From assembly GCA_964016885.1 (NCBI GenBank), contig OZ024744.1:39866001-39930000 (forward strand): a DNA stretch of 64,000 bases. The letters run 5' to 3'. Positions 1-9,470 of the stretch are shown here, piece by piece (position 1 is the stretch's first letter; the number at the start of each line of letters is the position of its first letter). The notes beneath the pieces were generated by a model, which was given only the letters and a program-made list of their open reading frames with translations, was not told where the DNA came from and did no database searches. Both the position numbers and the translations under genes were made by a program. This stretch comes from Eledone cirrhosa. Its lineage: Eukaryota.

Positions 1-62
1 TCAAATCAAATAAGAAAATAAATAAAATAAAATAAATAAATTAAAATGAATGAATAAATAAA
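1..62. repeat. (AAAAT/AAAT)n low-complexity tract
   Basis: Directly visible A-rich penta-/tetranucleotide repeats. Confidence 0.8.
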
Positions 63-714
63 GTTTTACATTTCCTCAACTGAGATTCTAACAGAAATCA
101 ATACTATTCAGATATCAATTCACATCCAGCTTCAAACTGCTTTTATCGACATCATTGTTAACATCATGGCTGCCACTGTCATCATTTTTACTATTATCAT
201 TATCATTATTGCTATCATGAAGTTTGTAGCTAACATTGCTGTCATTATCATTATTACAGCATTAACATATCATTGTTACAAGAACAACCTGATGGCAGGT
301 GTTATGATCGTGTTTCTAATGGTTTGGCAAGAACAATGATTCATAGTTTAACCAGATTTAATTAATTAACAGTTGTATAGTTTTAATTTTCTATAGTACT
401 ATAATGGTTTAAAAACTTTCAAGGCTTCTCTTTGACTAGGAGAGATAATTGGTTTTACGTCTTTTACTCCACAGATTGAACAAAGGCCAGAGCTTATCCC
501 ATATTTCTAATGATACACTATTTCAATTAATTAACAAAGAATTAGGAAAGATTTTCTAAAATTATTAATTATTTAATTATTAACACATTTGTTACAATAT
601 TTCTAATGAAAGACCTTGCCTAAGATTTTCAAATAGTTAAGAAAATAATCAAGAATTTTGATAGATTTGGTAATACAATTTAACAAAGGTTCTTACATAA
701 AATTATAATGATTA

Positions 715-875
715 TAGGCATATGGCCAGCAATTTGGGGGTAGGCAAAAGTCAATTAAATCAACACCTGTAAATTATTGGTGTTTTATTTTGTTGGCCTC
801 GTTAGGATGAAGGGCAAAGCTATAATATCAGCAGGATTTGAACTCAGAACGTAAAGGGCCGTAATTCTATGCCGT
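715..875 (-). mobile_element. Degenerate tRNA-derived SINE copy
   Basis: ggatgaagggcaaagc...ggatttgaactcagaacgtaaagggccgtaa is the reverse complement of the SINE core seen at 2092-2276 (ttacggccc...ctgagttcaaatcc...ctttgcctttcatcc). Confidence 0.7.
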
Positions 876-1154
876 GAAGCAGTTTTTAGATAACAGTATT
901 GTATTATAAAACCAGGGGCAGTTTAGTTCAAAAGGTGAGAATAGTATTTGTAACATATGGTTCTTGCATCAAATTATGTTGGAACATTTTGAATTAAATA
1001 GAAAAACACTTTAAAATGCACAGTTTGTTTCATAAAAACCAGCATTGGTAGAGCACTGTGAAATGAGGGGGCCTCCAATGCACAACCTTATGATCAAGAG
1101 ACTAACACTCTAATCACTAGGCCACATGCTTTCAATAATGAAAAGAATTTATCC

Positions 1155-1560
1155 TCATCATCACCACCAGCACCACCAGAACCAGCACCACCACTATCAC
1201 CACCATCATCATTATCATCATCATCATCGTTATTGAAAGTCTATTTTTCATGCTTGCATGGGTTAGACAGGTTGTCATATTACGAGACACATCAGGTCAG
1301 GTGATCACGTTTTGCTCATAAAGGTCTGTTTTAGGCTTGGTATCTATGGCTAGATGCTGTTCCTAATATAAACCATGTTTCAGTGTGGACTGGGTGTTTT
1401 TTGTTGTGGAACCAGGGTGGAATGGGTGCTTTTTTCTTCATGGTACCAGCGTGACCATCTACTAGATGTGTTTTTGTTGTCCCCAGCACAACAACCTTAC
1501 AGAGTGGAGAGGGTCTGAGCACTTTTGTTGTTGTGGCACCAGCCCTATCACTATACAGCA
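1155..1560 (-). mobile_element. RTE-tailed non-autonomous (SINE-like) repeat with (GAT)n tail
   Basis: The minus strand ends ...aacccatgcaagcatgaaaaatagac...(gat)n, like the RTE 3' end at 21770-21825, and has an internal cacccagtccacactg motif shared with the copies at 7035, 9225 and 13865. Confidence 0.65.
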
Positions 1561-1789
1561 GCACTGTAGGGGGGCTGGACAGGAGAGGGGTAATTGGGGT
1601 ATGGAAGGTGGGGTAGGAGAGGAGAACAAGTATGCAAGCAAGACATGGATGAGGTGAATGAAGAGGTCTATGATAGGAAACTTAGCTGGTGAGGGTGGCA
1701 TTAAGATTGAGGAGGGTATATGGGAGAAAGGAGGAAGATGGGTGCAGACTAGTGTCCTCTTTGTTTAATCCTGTGCACATAGGAAGGTG

Positions 1790-2500
1790 GTTTTTCTGCA
1801 GTACAGCATGATGCCAGATATCTCAATCCTGTGTCATCTCCTTTGAGAGGTTTAATTGTGCAAGGTCAGCTTTTATCACTTCATCCCAAGCTTTCCTAGG
1901 TCTTCTGCTATAGCTTCTGTTGACTGAGTGCCCTGCACCTTTTTATACAGCTGTCATCCTCCATACATATCTCATACCCATACCACCACAATCTCCTTAC
2001 CTGCACACTGTATCTGATACTTTTTAAGTCTAGTTTCTCTTTCAGTTCATTGACACTTCGCAATTCATTCACATTAATATTACACATCCATGAAGGGGGG
2101 ATTGGCAGTATCGGTAGAGAGTCGGACGCCATGCTTTGACGCATAGTTACGGCCCTTGCCATTCTGAGTTCAAATCCCGCCGAGGTTAACTTTGCCTTTC
2201 ATCCTTACGGGGTCGATAAAATAAAGTACCAGTAATGCACTGGGTAATTACTGGCCTTGTGCCAAAAGTAGAAACAATTAATATTACACATCCATCAGAG
2301 CATGCAAGTATAATTTCTTTCCAATCTTCGTAGGTCTTCTGAACACAGCACCCAGGTCTTGCTTCCATGCTGCATTGCTGTTTGTACACAAGCATCATAC
2401 AATCTGCCTTTCATTTTGAGGAAAAAAAGACTTTTATGGCTAGTAGTGGTAGTAGCTCCCTGAACTTTTTCCATCTCAGTCTCACTTTGGCTACTGTACT
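1790..2500 (-). pseudogene. RTE-clade LINE 3' fragment (decayed), interrupted by a SINE
   Basis: Minus-strand peptides KVRLRWKKFRELLPLL and WMCNINVNELRSVNELKEKL...VQVRRLWWYG match the C-terminal part of the RTE at 21280-21700. Confidence 0.85.
2092..2276 (+). mobile_element. tRNA-derived SINE, full length, with 19-bp target-site duplication
   Basis: Box A-like tggcagtatcggta and box B gagttcaaatccc; flanked by identical attaatattacacatccat at 2073-2091 and 2277-2295; multiple copies in the window. Confidence 0.9.
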
Positions 2501-2669
2501 ATCAATGGAGGAAAATGTTTCAATGAATTTCTCATATGGAACTAAAATGGATTTGAACATGGAAAGTTCAAGGTGTTTTGTGGAACACCAGCAGTTACCC
2601 ATGCATGCTAGTCTGCTCTCTCCATGCCGTTAATATTTTTCAAGATAAAGGAAAAGACAAAGGCTAATA

Positions 2670-2815
2670 CAGCTAGGCACCAGTGTTGTCACCACAACTC
2701 ATTTTTACAATTTAAGTGGACAAGAAGCAATGTGAAATAAGATGTACTGCCCAAGGATACAACTTGCTGCCCAAGGATACAACTTGCTGCCTGATCCTGG
2801 AGCCATGTAACTTCG
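2670..2815 (-). mobile_element. SINE-like fragment with a 20-bp internal tandem duplication
   Basis: gcaatgtgaaataag...gcccaaggatacaac resembles the reverse of a common metazoan SINE core; ctgcccaaggatacaacttg is duplicated in tandem at about 2747-2790. Confidence 0.5.
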
Positions 2816-3112
2816 CTATATGGTAATGAATTTTGCAATAATAATAATTATAAAATAAGATTATCATTATTAACAGTGGGGAGGTGTGGAATATTATTTA
2901 GAGAGAATGTTTACACTATTTCTATTTTAGTGGATTAGTATAATCATTAGCATGTCACTTGTTCCAACTGAGTCCAAATGCCACTGAGGTCGATGAAATA
3001 AAGCACTGGTTAAAAACTGGGTTGATTTAATTGACATTTTTTCCTTTCATCCAAATTTGCTGGTCTTGTGACTAAATTATAAATTAATATTTTTATTTAC
3101 TCTACATGTTAA

Positions 3113-3260
3113 CTCTTTAGCATTTAAACCGACCGTATCCAGACAGAATTCTATCACCTTTTTCTGTTCAAACTGGCTGTAACTTGCTACTCATACTAAT
3201 GTTAAGGTGTTGTTCTCAAAATAAATAATATCAAAATCTCATATTTGATATTATGTGATA
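3113..3260 (+). mobile_element. Partial piggyBac-like MITE (homologous to 13173-13365)
   Basis: TTAA followed by ctctttagca...aaactggctgtaact...gttaaggtgttgttctcaaaataaa, aligning by eye to 13173-13300. Confidence 0.6.
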
Positions 3261-3698
3261 CCAGTTGAAACTCCAACCATCACAGGGTGTCTAATTTATA
3301 GATTTTTACAGGATATCTGGGAAGAGGCATGCCATTTTATTCATTCCCCAATTGCCAATTTCTTTATGTTTTATATTTTTGCAGAGTTTATTTACAGGGT
3401 GCACCATAATTTTTAAAATGCTTAGGGCCTCAAACAGACTTATTCAGCTTTGCAATCAAGGGAACCTTTATTTCTAAGTTAGGAATAATAATACATGTAT
3501 AATGTGATCTGACACCAACACTGTAATAGCTGTGATTATATCAGTTTAAAATATCTATAACATTTCTAAATGTATGTTTATTATAAACATACACTTATAT
3601 ATGAATCCATATATATTTTCATTCTGAATCACAGTTGTCTCAATCAAAGCAACAGCCAGTTCATGAAATTAATATGTAAGTGATGTGTGTACTCTTAA

Positions 3699-3929
3699 CC
3701 CTTGAGTTACCAACCCAGCCAAATCTGGCTCCCATTCTGTGAAATAAAATCATCCATTTTCAAGGTTTCCAATTTAAACTAAAATCTTCCAACATAATTT
3801 ATATAAGAACCTTACACTAAGTTACTATCTTAATGTTGAAATAATTAATAATTTTAGTAAATCCCTCAAAATTCTTCATTCATTAATTAAAATAAATGGT
3901 ACTTCATTAGAAATGCAGTCATGAAAAGG
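3699..3929. mobile_element. piggyBac-like MITE
   Basis: TTAA|cccttga ... gaaaagg|TTAA: TTAA on both sides and CC(C)TT/AAGG terminal inverted repeats. Confidence 0.55.
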
Positions 3930-4519
3930 TTAATCTAATTAGCCAAGTTGCAAATAACCGAATGCAAATAAACTTTCAACAAGAATAATTTTCTTTCATA
4001 TCTTGGTATTTCAACACAATTAACCTATTGCTGATGATGAGTAATGATTCTGAAGAATGTGTATAGCCTCCTCTTATATTGATAGCAATATAGATGCAAT
4101 CTAACTGTATTAGTGTTATCACTAATTAATACTACCTGGATGGTAAGCAGAAACTGTGAGGAATTACATCACCCTGATCCTGATCATCATCATCAGCTAA
4201 TGTTGCTACTCTCCCATACCCGTGCCTAACACATGCCAGCACAGAAAGAAGTGTGCCCCTACAATATCCCTAATTCATCTACCCTGCCCAACTCATATCA
4301 GCATGGAAGAAAGATGTGGCCCCTACTCACACCCCAAAACCTGATTCTCTCCCTTGTCTAACCCATGATAGCATGGAAAGTCAGGTATGTCTTACAATAT
4401 ACTGCTAGACACAACACACTCTCTTCAAGGCCACCCCTATGACCCAACACTTCCTAACCCATGATGATATGACCCCCACTTCTTATCAATGTCTCTCCAA
4501 TAATGGTGTTATGAAAAAA

Positions 4520-4950
4520 AAAAGCACCCAGTTCACATTGTAAGGTGGTAGTGCTGTTGCCACTACAAAATCACCCAGTCCATCCTGTAAGGTGGTTGTG
4601 CAGGGGGTCACAATAAAATGTTTCCAGTATATGCTGTAAAGTCATTGGTGTTAGAAAGAGTATCCGGCAGTAGAAACCATGATCCCAGTACACACTGTAA
4701 AGTGGTTAGCATTAGGAAGGGCATCCCCCTGTAGAAATCATACTTCCAGTATACGTTGTAAAGAGGTTCACATGAGGAAAGACATCCAACAGCAGAAACC
4801 AAGCTCCCAGTACATTGTGTAAAGTGGTTGGTGTCAGGAAGGGTACACTGCAGTAAAAACCTAGCCAAAAATGGAACGTAGAGCAAGATATGGTCACCTG
4901 ACTAGTCTAGCCTCAAAACATGACAGTTTGTCTACTCCATGCAAGCATGT
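4520..4950 (+). mobile_element. RTE-tailed SINE-like element with a tandemly amplified head module of about 60 bp
   Basis: About six copies of cccagt..ac.ctgtaaagtggtt.g..ttaggaagggcatcc...tagaaacc, then gagcaagatatggtcacctgac...ccatgcaagcatg. Confidence 0.65.
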
Positions 4951-5021
4951 TAAAGATACCTCAGTAACCATTTGAGAATACCAAACAGGGTTTATGTTGA
5001 TAAAATGTATTATTATATATA

Positions 5022-5939
5022 CTAGCAGAAAAACCACCCTTCCGGTAGTTTTCTGCTAGTGTATATTGATATTGTACGCATGTGTGTATATTGATATTAT
5101 ACGCAAATATATATATGCATTTAGATATGATACATCAAATAAAATTGTAATTGACAATATACACAGAAATTGAAGAGAGACTGTGTTACACCCTCTTCTG
5201 TAATCAGTAAAGTAATCCATGATACATTTAAAAAAGACGATATCATATATAAACTACATTACGGCGAAATATAAGGAAAATGAAAAAGGAGAAAATTAGC
5301 GACGGAAATGTAAACGTTATGATATAACGATGCAAATATATGAACGTTTATATAGCGTCCGTTATATCATAACCGGAAGTATTGACATTTGAACATTTTA
5401 AAAGGAGTGAATCTTAAAATAAGAAAGTAATGCACTGGGTAATTGCTGGCCTTGTGCCTAAAGTAGAAACAATTATATATAAGGGCGGTGAATTGGCAGT
5501 ATCAGTAGAGGGTCGGACGTCATGCTTTCCAGCATAGTTACGTCCCTTTACGATCTGAGTTCAAATCCCGCCGAGGTTGACTTTGCCTTTCATCCTTACG
5601 GGGTCGATAAAATAAAGTACCAGTAATGCACTGGGTAATTGCTGGCCTTGTGCCTAACGTAGAAACAATTATATATAAGAATATTTATATTTAATCAACA
5701 GTTACGAAATTTAGTACATAAATTATGTAATATTCATTCATTATTTATTCAAAGTAACTTTGCCTTTCATCCTTACGGGGTCGATAAAATAAAGTACCAG
5801 TAATGTACTGGGTAATTGCTGGCCTTGTGCCAAAGGTAGAAACAATTATTTATTCAAAGTAATCCAACTTGTTTTACTAACGGGATAAAAAGATATATTC
5901 AGGACATAGTCCCGTACTCCTTCCGTTATTATATTATGA
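5022..5939 (-). mobile_element. Putative non-autonomous Helitron carrying nested SINE copies
   Basis: The minus strand begins A|TCATAATATAATAACGGAAGG (5939) and ends with a hairpin plus CTAG|T (5022); pairing of the two ends is inferred. Confidence 0.5.
5483..5671 (+). mobile_element. tRNA-derived SINE (full copy; 3' fragments also at about 5424-5475 and 5753-5848)
   Basis: Highly similar to 2092-2276 including box B gagttcaaatcccgccgagg and 3' ggccttgtgcc..agtagaaacaatta. Confidence 0.9.
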
Positions 5940-6318
5940 TATATATATTGCTAGCATAGAAGATAGATGTTAAACGATGATGATATTATCAATAGAAAAA
6001 AGAATCAAGTTTATTCTACATATGTTTCAGTATAGGGCAGTCGACCATACCACGATATATACGAGGTATTTGTTCATTGCTCTACATATCTTCAGCTGTC
6101 CAGATCGATATTGGAATACTCCAATATCACTGTAAACACACATATAAATATATATATAAAAGTGCAGGGCAATCAAACTTGTAGGAGTAGGTAGACCCAG
6201 AAAAACCTGGAATGAGATTTTAGCAGTATTGGTTATAGAGTAGTCGCCACTTTAGCAGGGTGGTAGAATCAGTGGTCGTTACTTTAACAGGGTAGATGAT
6301 TGAAGGTCGTTAGTTGCC

Positions 6319-7012
6319 AGTGTGGTAAGTGATAGTATCCTCGTTGGATTATCTTGTTGACATAGACGTGAGGGAAGGTCCCTCGATCTATTTACCATCT
6401 ATTTACAATATTCCTTTCGTCAGGTCGCCAATTCCAGCAGCATGGATTATAGATGTTATTGAGGCACGAGTAACATAACAATGATTTCAACAGCAGTAAT
6501 TAGAGATGAAATGTATGTTTATTTATATGGTTGAAGTTACAGATAAAAAGAGGTGACACAAGGGAATGTGCCATTGCACCGTTAAGCCGGCGAGGCTAGG
6601 GGTGCAATATCTCACTGTTACATTATGCATGTTGTTGGCTCGAAGTTTCTGGTACAAGAGAGAGATTCTTCAAATTTTCGCGGGGAATTTCTTCCTCAGG
6701 GCGCGTAGGGATACATCCTCTTCTACTGGCGCTGATTGGCTGAACTGAGCCAAATCGCGCACAGAGAATGTATGTGAGCCCGCGGAATGTAGGTCACTAC
6801 AAGATGATAAAAACTGACCTTGCACACTTACAACTCTCTAAGACAATGTCATTGGATTGAGATCTTTGGTGCTATGCAGTAATACAGAAGACCCACCTTC
6901 CCTTACATACGAACTTAAACCTAGTCAGTAGGCACCTCTTAGCCCAATATACGACCAACCCCACACTCCACACCACCCTTTTTTCTTAGTAAAGTAATGT
7001 TGGTACCACACT
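6319..7012. mobile_element. Possible solo LTR or TIR-bounded element
   Basis: Bounded by the 9-bp inverted repeat agtgtggta...taccacact (TG...CA inside); GC-richer than its flanks; AATAAA on the minus strand near 6520; no TSD found. Confidence 0.35.
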
Positions 7013-7034
7013 ACACGCAGCCCACACTAAAGTG

Positions 7035-7235
7035 GTCATGTAGATGTCACGACAAAAAGCACCCAGTTCACGCTGTAAATGTGGCTGACGCTATGAAGGA
7101 CATCCAGCCGTAGAAAATCAGCCAGAAACAGTTCTATATGAGCGAGACACGGTCACCCAAACCAACTTGCCTCAAGTAGGACAAACCCATCTAACCCATG
7201 CTAGCATGGAAGATAGACCTTAAACGATGATGATG
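7035..7235 (+). mobile_element. RTE-tailed SINE-like element
   Basis: aaaaagcacccagt...gaaggacatccagccgtagaaa...aacccatgctagcatggaagatagaccttaaacgatgatgatg. Confidence 0.75.

Positions 7236-7237
<2 letters not shown>

Positions 7238-7277
<40 letters not shown>
7238..7277. repeat. (TA)n microsatellite
   Basis: Direct. Confidence 0.95.
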
Positions 7278-7279
<2 letters not shown>

Positions 7280-7421
7280 TCACCGTTTATTTTTCCACAC
7301 TTGCATGAGTTAACAGGTTGTCACATTATTATGTGACAAGTCAAGTTAGGTGACCAAGTCTTGTTCATATGGATCTGTATTTTGGCTTGGTTTCTATGGT
7401 TGGATGCTTTTCATATCGTCA

Positions 7422-8177
7422 CTAGCAGAATGGCCCGGTGTTGCTCGGGCTTCTAAACATAGAATGGCATGTGTATATGTGTATCCCTCCTTTCTGAAAC
7501 AGTACAGAGAAGTACGGAATAACTCGGCCCCGGGGGGGGGGGTATCTACATTTTGTGCTTATAAAAAAAATTCGTCGTAGATTACCAGGGGTTTAACTTA
7601 GTTAGGTGCCTGAGAGTAAAATGTTCAACCCACGAAAGCCAAGACGATAGGGTTAAGTAAAAAGGCATTCAACAAACCGAACATGTATTTGTTGTGGTAT
7701 GGTACAATGAAAGTTGCAGAGCAGTAAGCATGTGGGACTGCAGTGGTGGAGAGCATGAAGGAATTTAGTTGGATAATTTTAAGTTTACAAAAATCTACAC
7801 AATCTGATATAGACCGAACTGTTATATGGATGCCGAACGCTTCGGAGTTACTGTTGGGGTCACCATCAACAATTTCAAGGGATAATATAGTCTATAAAGA
7901 GAGGTATCTCTTTCAAAATACTAAAGAGTTATCTCTCTAGAACATTGTAGATAAAATTAACGAACTGACAATAAGGGCTTAAAGTTTTAATGAAAAAAAA
8001 AAACGCCTTTAACAACAGAAAATTGAAAAATAAAAGCTGCAGTTAATATCTTTAGACCGCAAGGAATATATACATGCAAGTTTAAAATCAATCGGAGTAG
8101 AAATGTGGATTTGTATAGACTTTCCAAAATTAGGACACACACACACAGACAACTTCAGTTTTATATATATGTATAGA
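7422..8177 (-). mobile_element. Non-autonomous Helitron
   Basis: Minus strand: 5' A|TCTATACATATATATAAAACTGAAGTTGTCTGTGTG..., 3' hairpin cccgagcaacaccggg then ccattctgCTAG|T. These are canonical TC...CTRR termini inserted between A and T with no TSD. Confidence 0.8.
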
Positions 8178-8699
8178 TAGATTATCATCATCATCATATA
8201 TATATATATATATATATATTTGGTCATTACACATGAGATGTCATATTTCATATATATTGAATAATAACACTAAAAATAATATCATTTTATTTATTTCCAG
8301 ATTCAAAGTAAATTGAGCAATTCAATATCAATAAATGATGCTTTAATAACCATAGTTGTAAGATTGGCCAGACATGAACCAGTATGGCCCCATGGCAATG
8401 CTGGACCATATACCTCACAGATGACGCTGTCTAATAGAACTAGGATATGAAGTTTTGCAGCATCCTCCATATTTTTCCCAATATTTCACCAACAGGTTAT
8501 CATAGCCTCCCACTCTTTCACCTACACTATCTGGTATACTTCACTGTCACTCACCTTCTCTCAGATTCTCTCTATCAAACTGTATTCAAAACTAGGGATG
8601 GCTTGGGATCTATCAGACTTCCACGACCCTCGGATGCTCACACTTCCCACACCAATTGTTCATTGCTTCTTTCATAAAAAGGGATACTTTTAATCTTAT

Positions 8700-9210
8700 A
8701 TCATCATCATTTTACGTCTGCTTTTCTCTGCTTGGACGGGTCCTATTCAGCACAGCATCTCTCCACTTGTCACGGTCCTTCGTCATCTCCTCCATGAGTT
8801 TCAGCGATCTGAGGTCTGCTCTCACCACCTCCGCCCATGTTTTACGTGGTCTACCTCTACTGCGTTTTCCTTCTACTGGGATTTCTTGGCACTTCTTTAC
8901 CCAGCGGTCATCCTTCATGCACATCACATGTCCATACCATCTCAGCTTTCTCTCCTGCACACCACAACTTATCCCTCTTATACCCAGTTTCTTTCTCAAC
9001 TCGTCTATGCTTGGTCGTTCACGCACATTGACATTGCACATCCAATGGAGCATACTTGCTTCATTTCTCTCCAGCTGTCGCATATCCTCTGCAGTTGCCG
9101 CCCATGTCTCACTACCATGCAACATCGCGCATCTCACACAGGCTTCATGTAACCGCCCTTTCGTATGCAGGGAGAAACCCTTCTTTGTCAACAAATGAAG
9201 CAGTTCCCTA
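8700..9210 (-). mobile_element. 5'-truncated young RTE LINE copy (3' end, open frame)
   Basis: The 169-aa ORF 8712-9221 (RELLHLLTKKGFSL...MLHGSETWA...RGRPRKTWAEVV) is nearly identical to 21300-21805 and ends in a cgtaaaatgatgatga tail. Confidence 0.92.
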
Positions 9211-9224
9211 TATACATACATCTA

Positions 9225-9470
9225 TATCATCATCATCATCACCACTTAATGTTTATTTTCCATGCTTGCATGGATTAGACCGGTTGTTAATTTAGGCCAG
9301 ACAAGTTAGATTACTGCATCTTGCTCATACAGTTTGTTTTTGGCTTAACCCTTCCTAATGCCAAACATCTTAGAGACTGGGTGCTTTTGTTGTGGCATTA
9401 ACATGACCGCCTTACTGAGTGGACTGGGTTCTATTTGTTGAGGCACCATCATGGAACTAGCACTACCATC
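9225..9470 (-). mobile_element. RTE-tailed SINE-like element
   Basis: The minus strand has aaaagcacccagtc...cattaggaaggg...ccatgcaagcatggaaaataaacattaagtggtgatgatgatg. Confidence 0.65.

Noticed and set aside
2092-2276. tRNA gene
   Set aside because: A and B boxes are too widely spaced and there is no cloverleaf; multi-copy with a TSD, so it is a SINE
8656-9198. 180-aa + strand ORF (also 14718-15158, 20734-21087 and 21356-21829)
   Set aside because: Antisense shadows of RTE coding sequence
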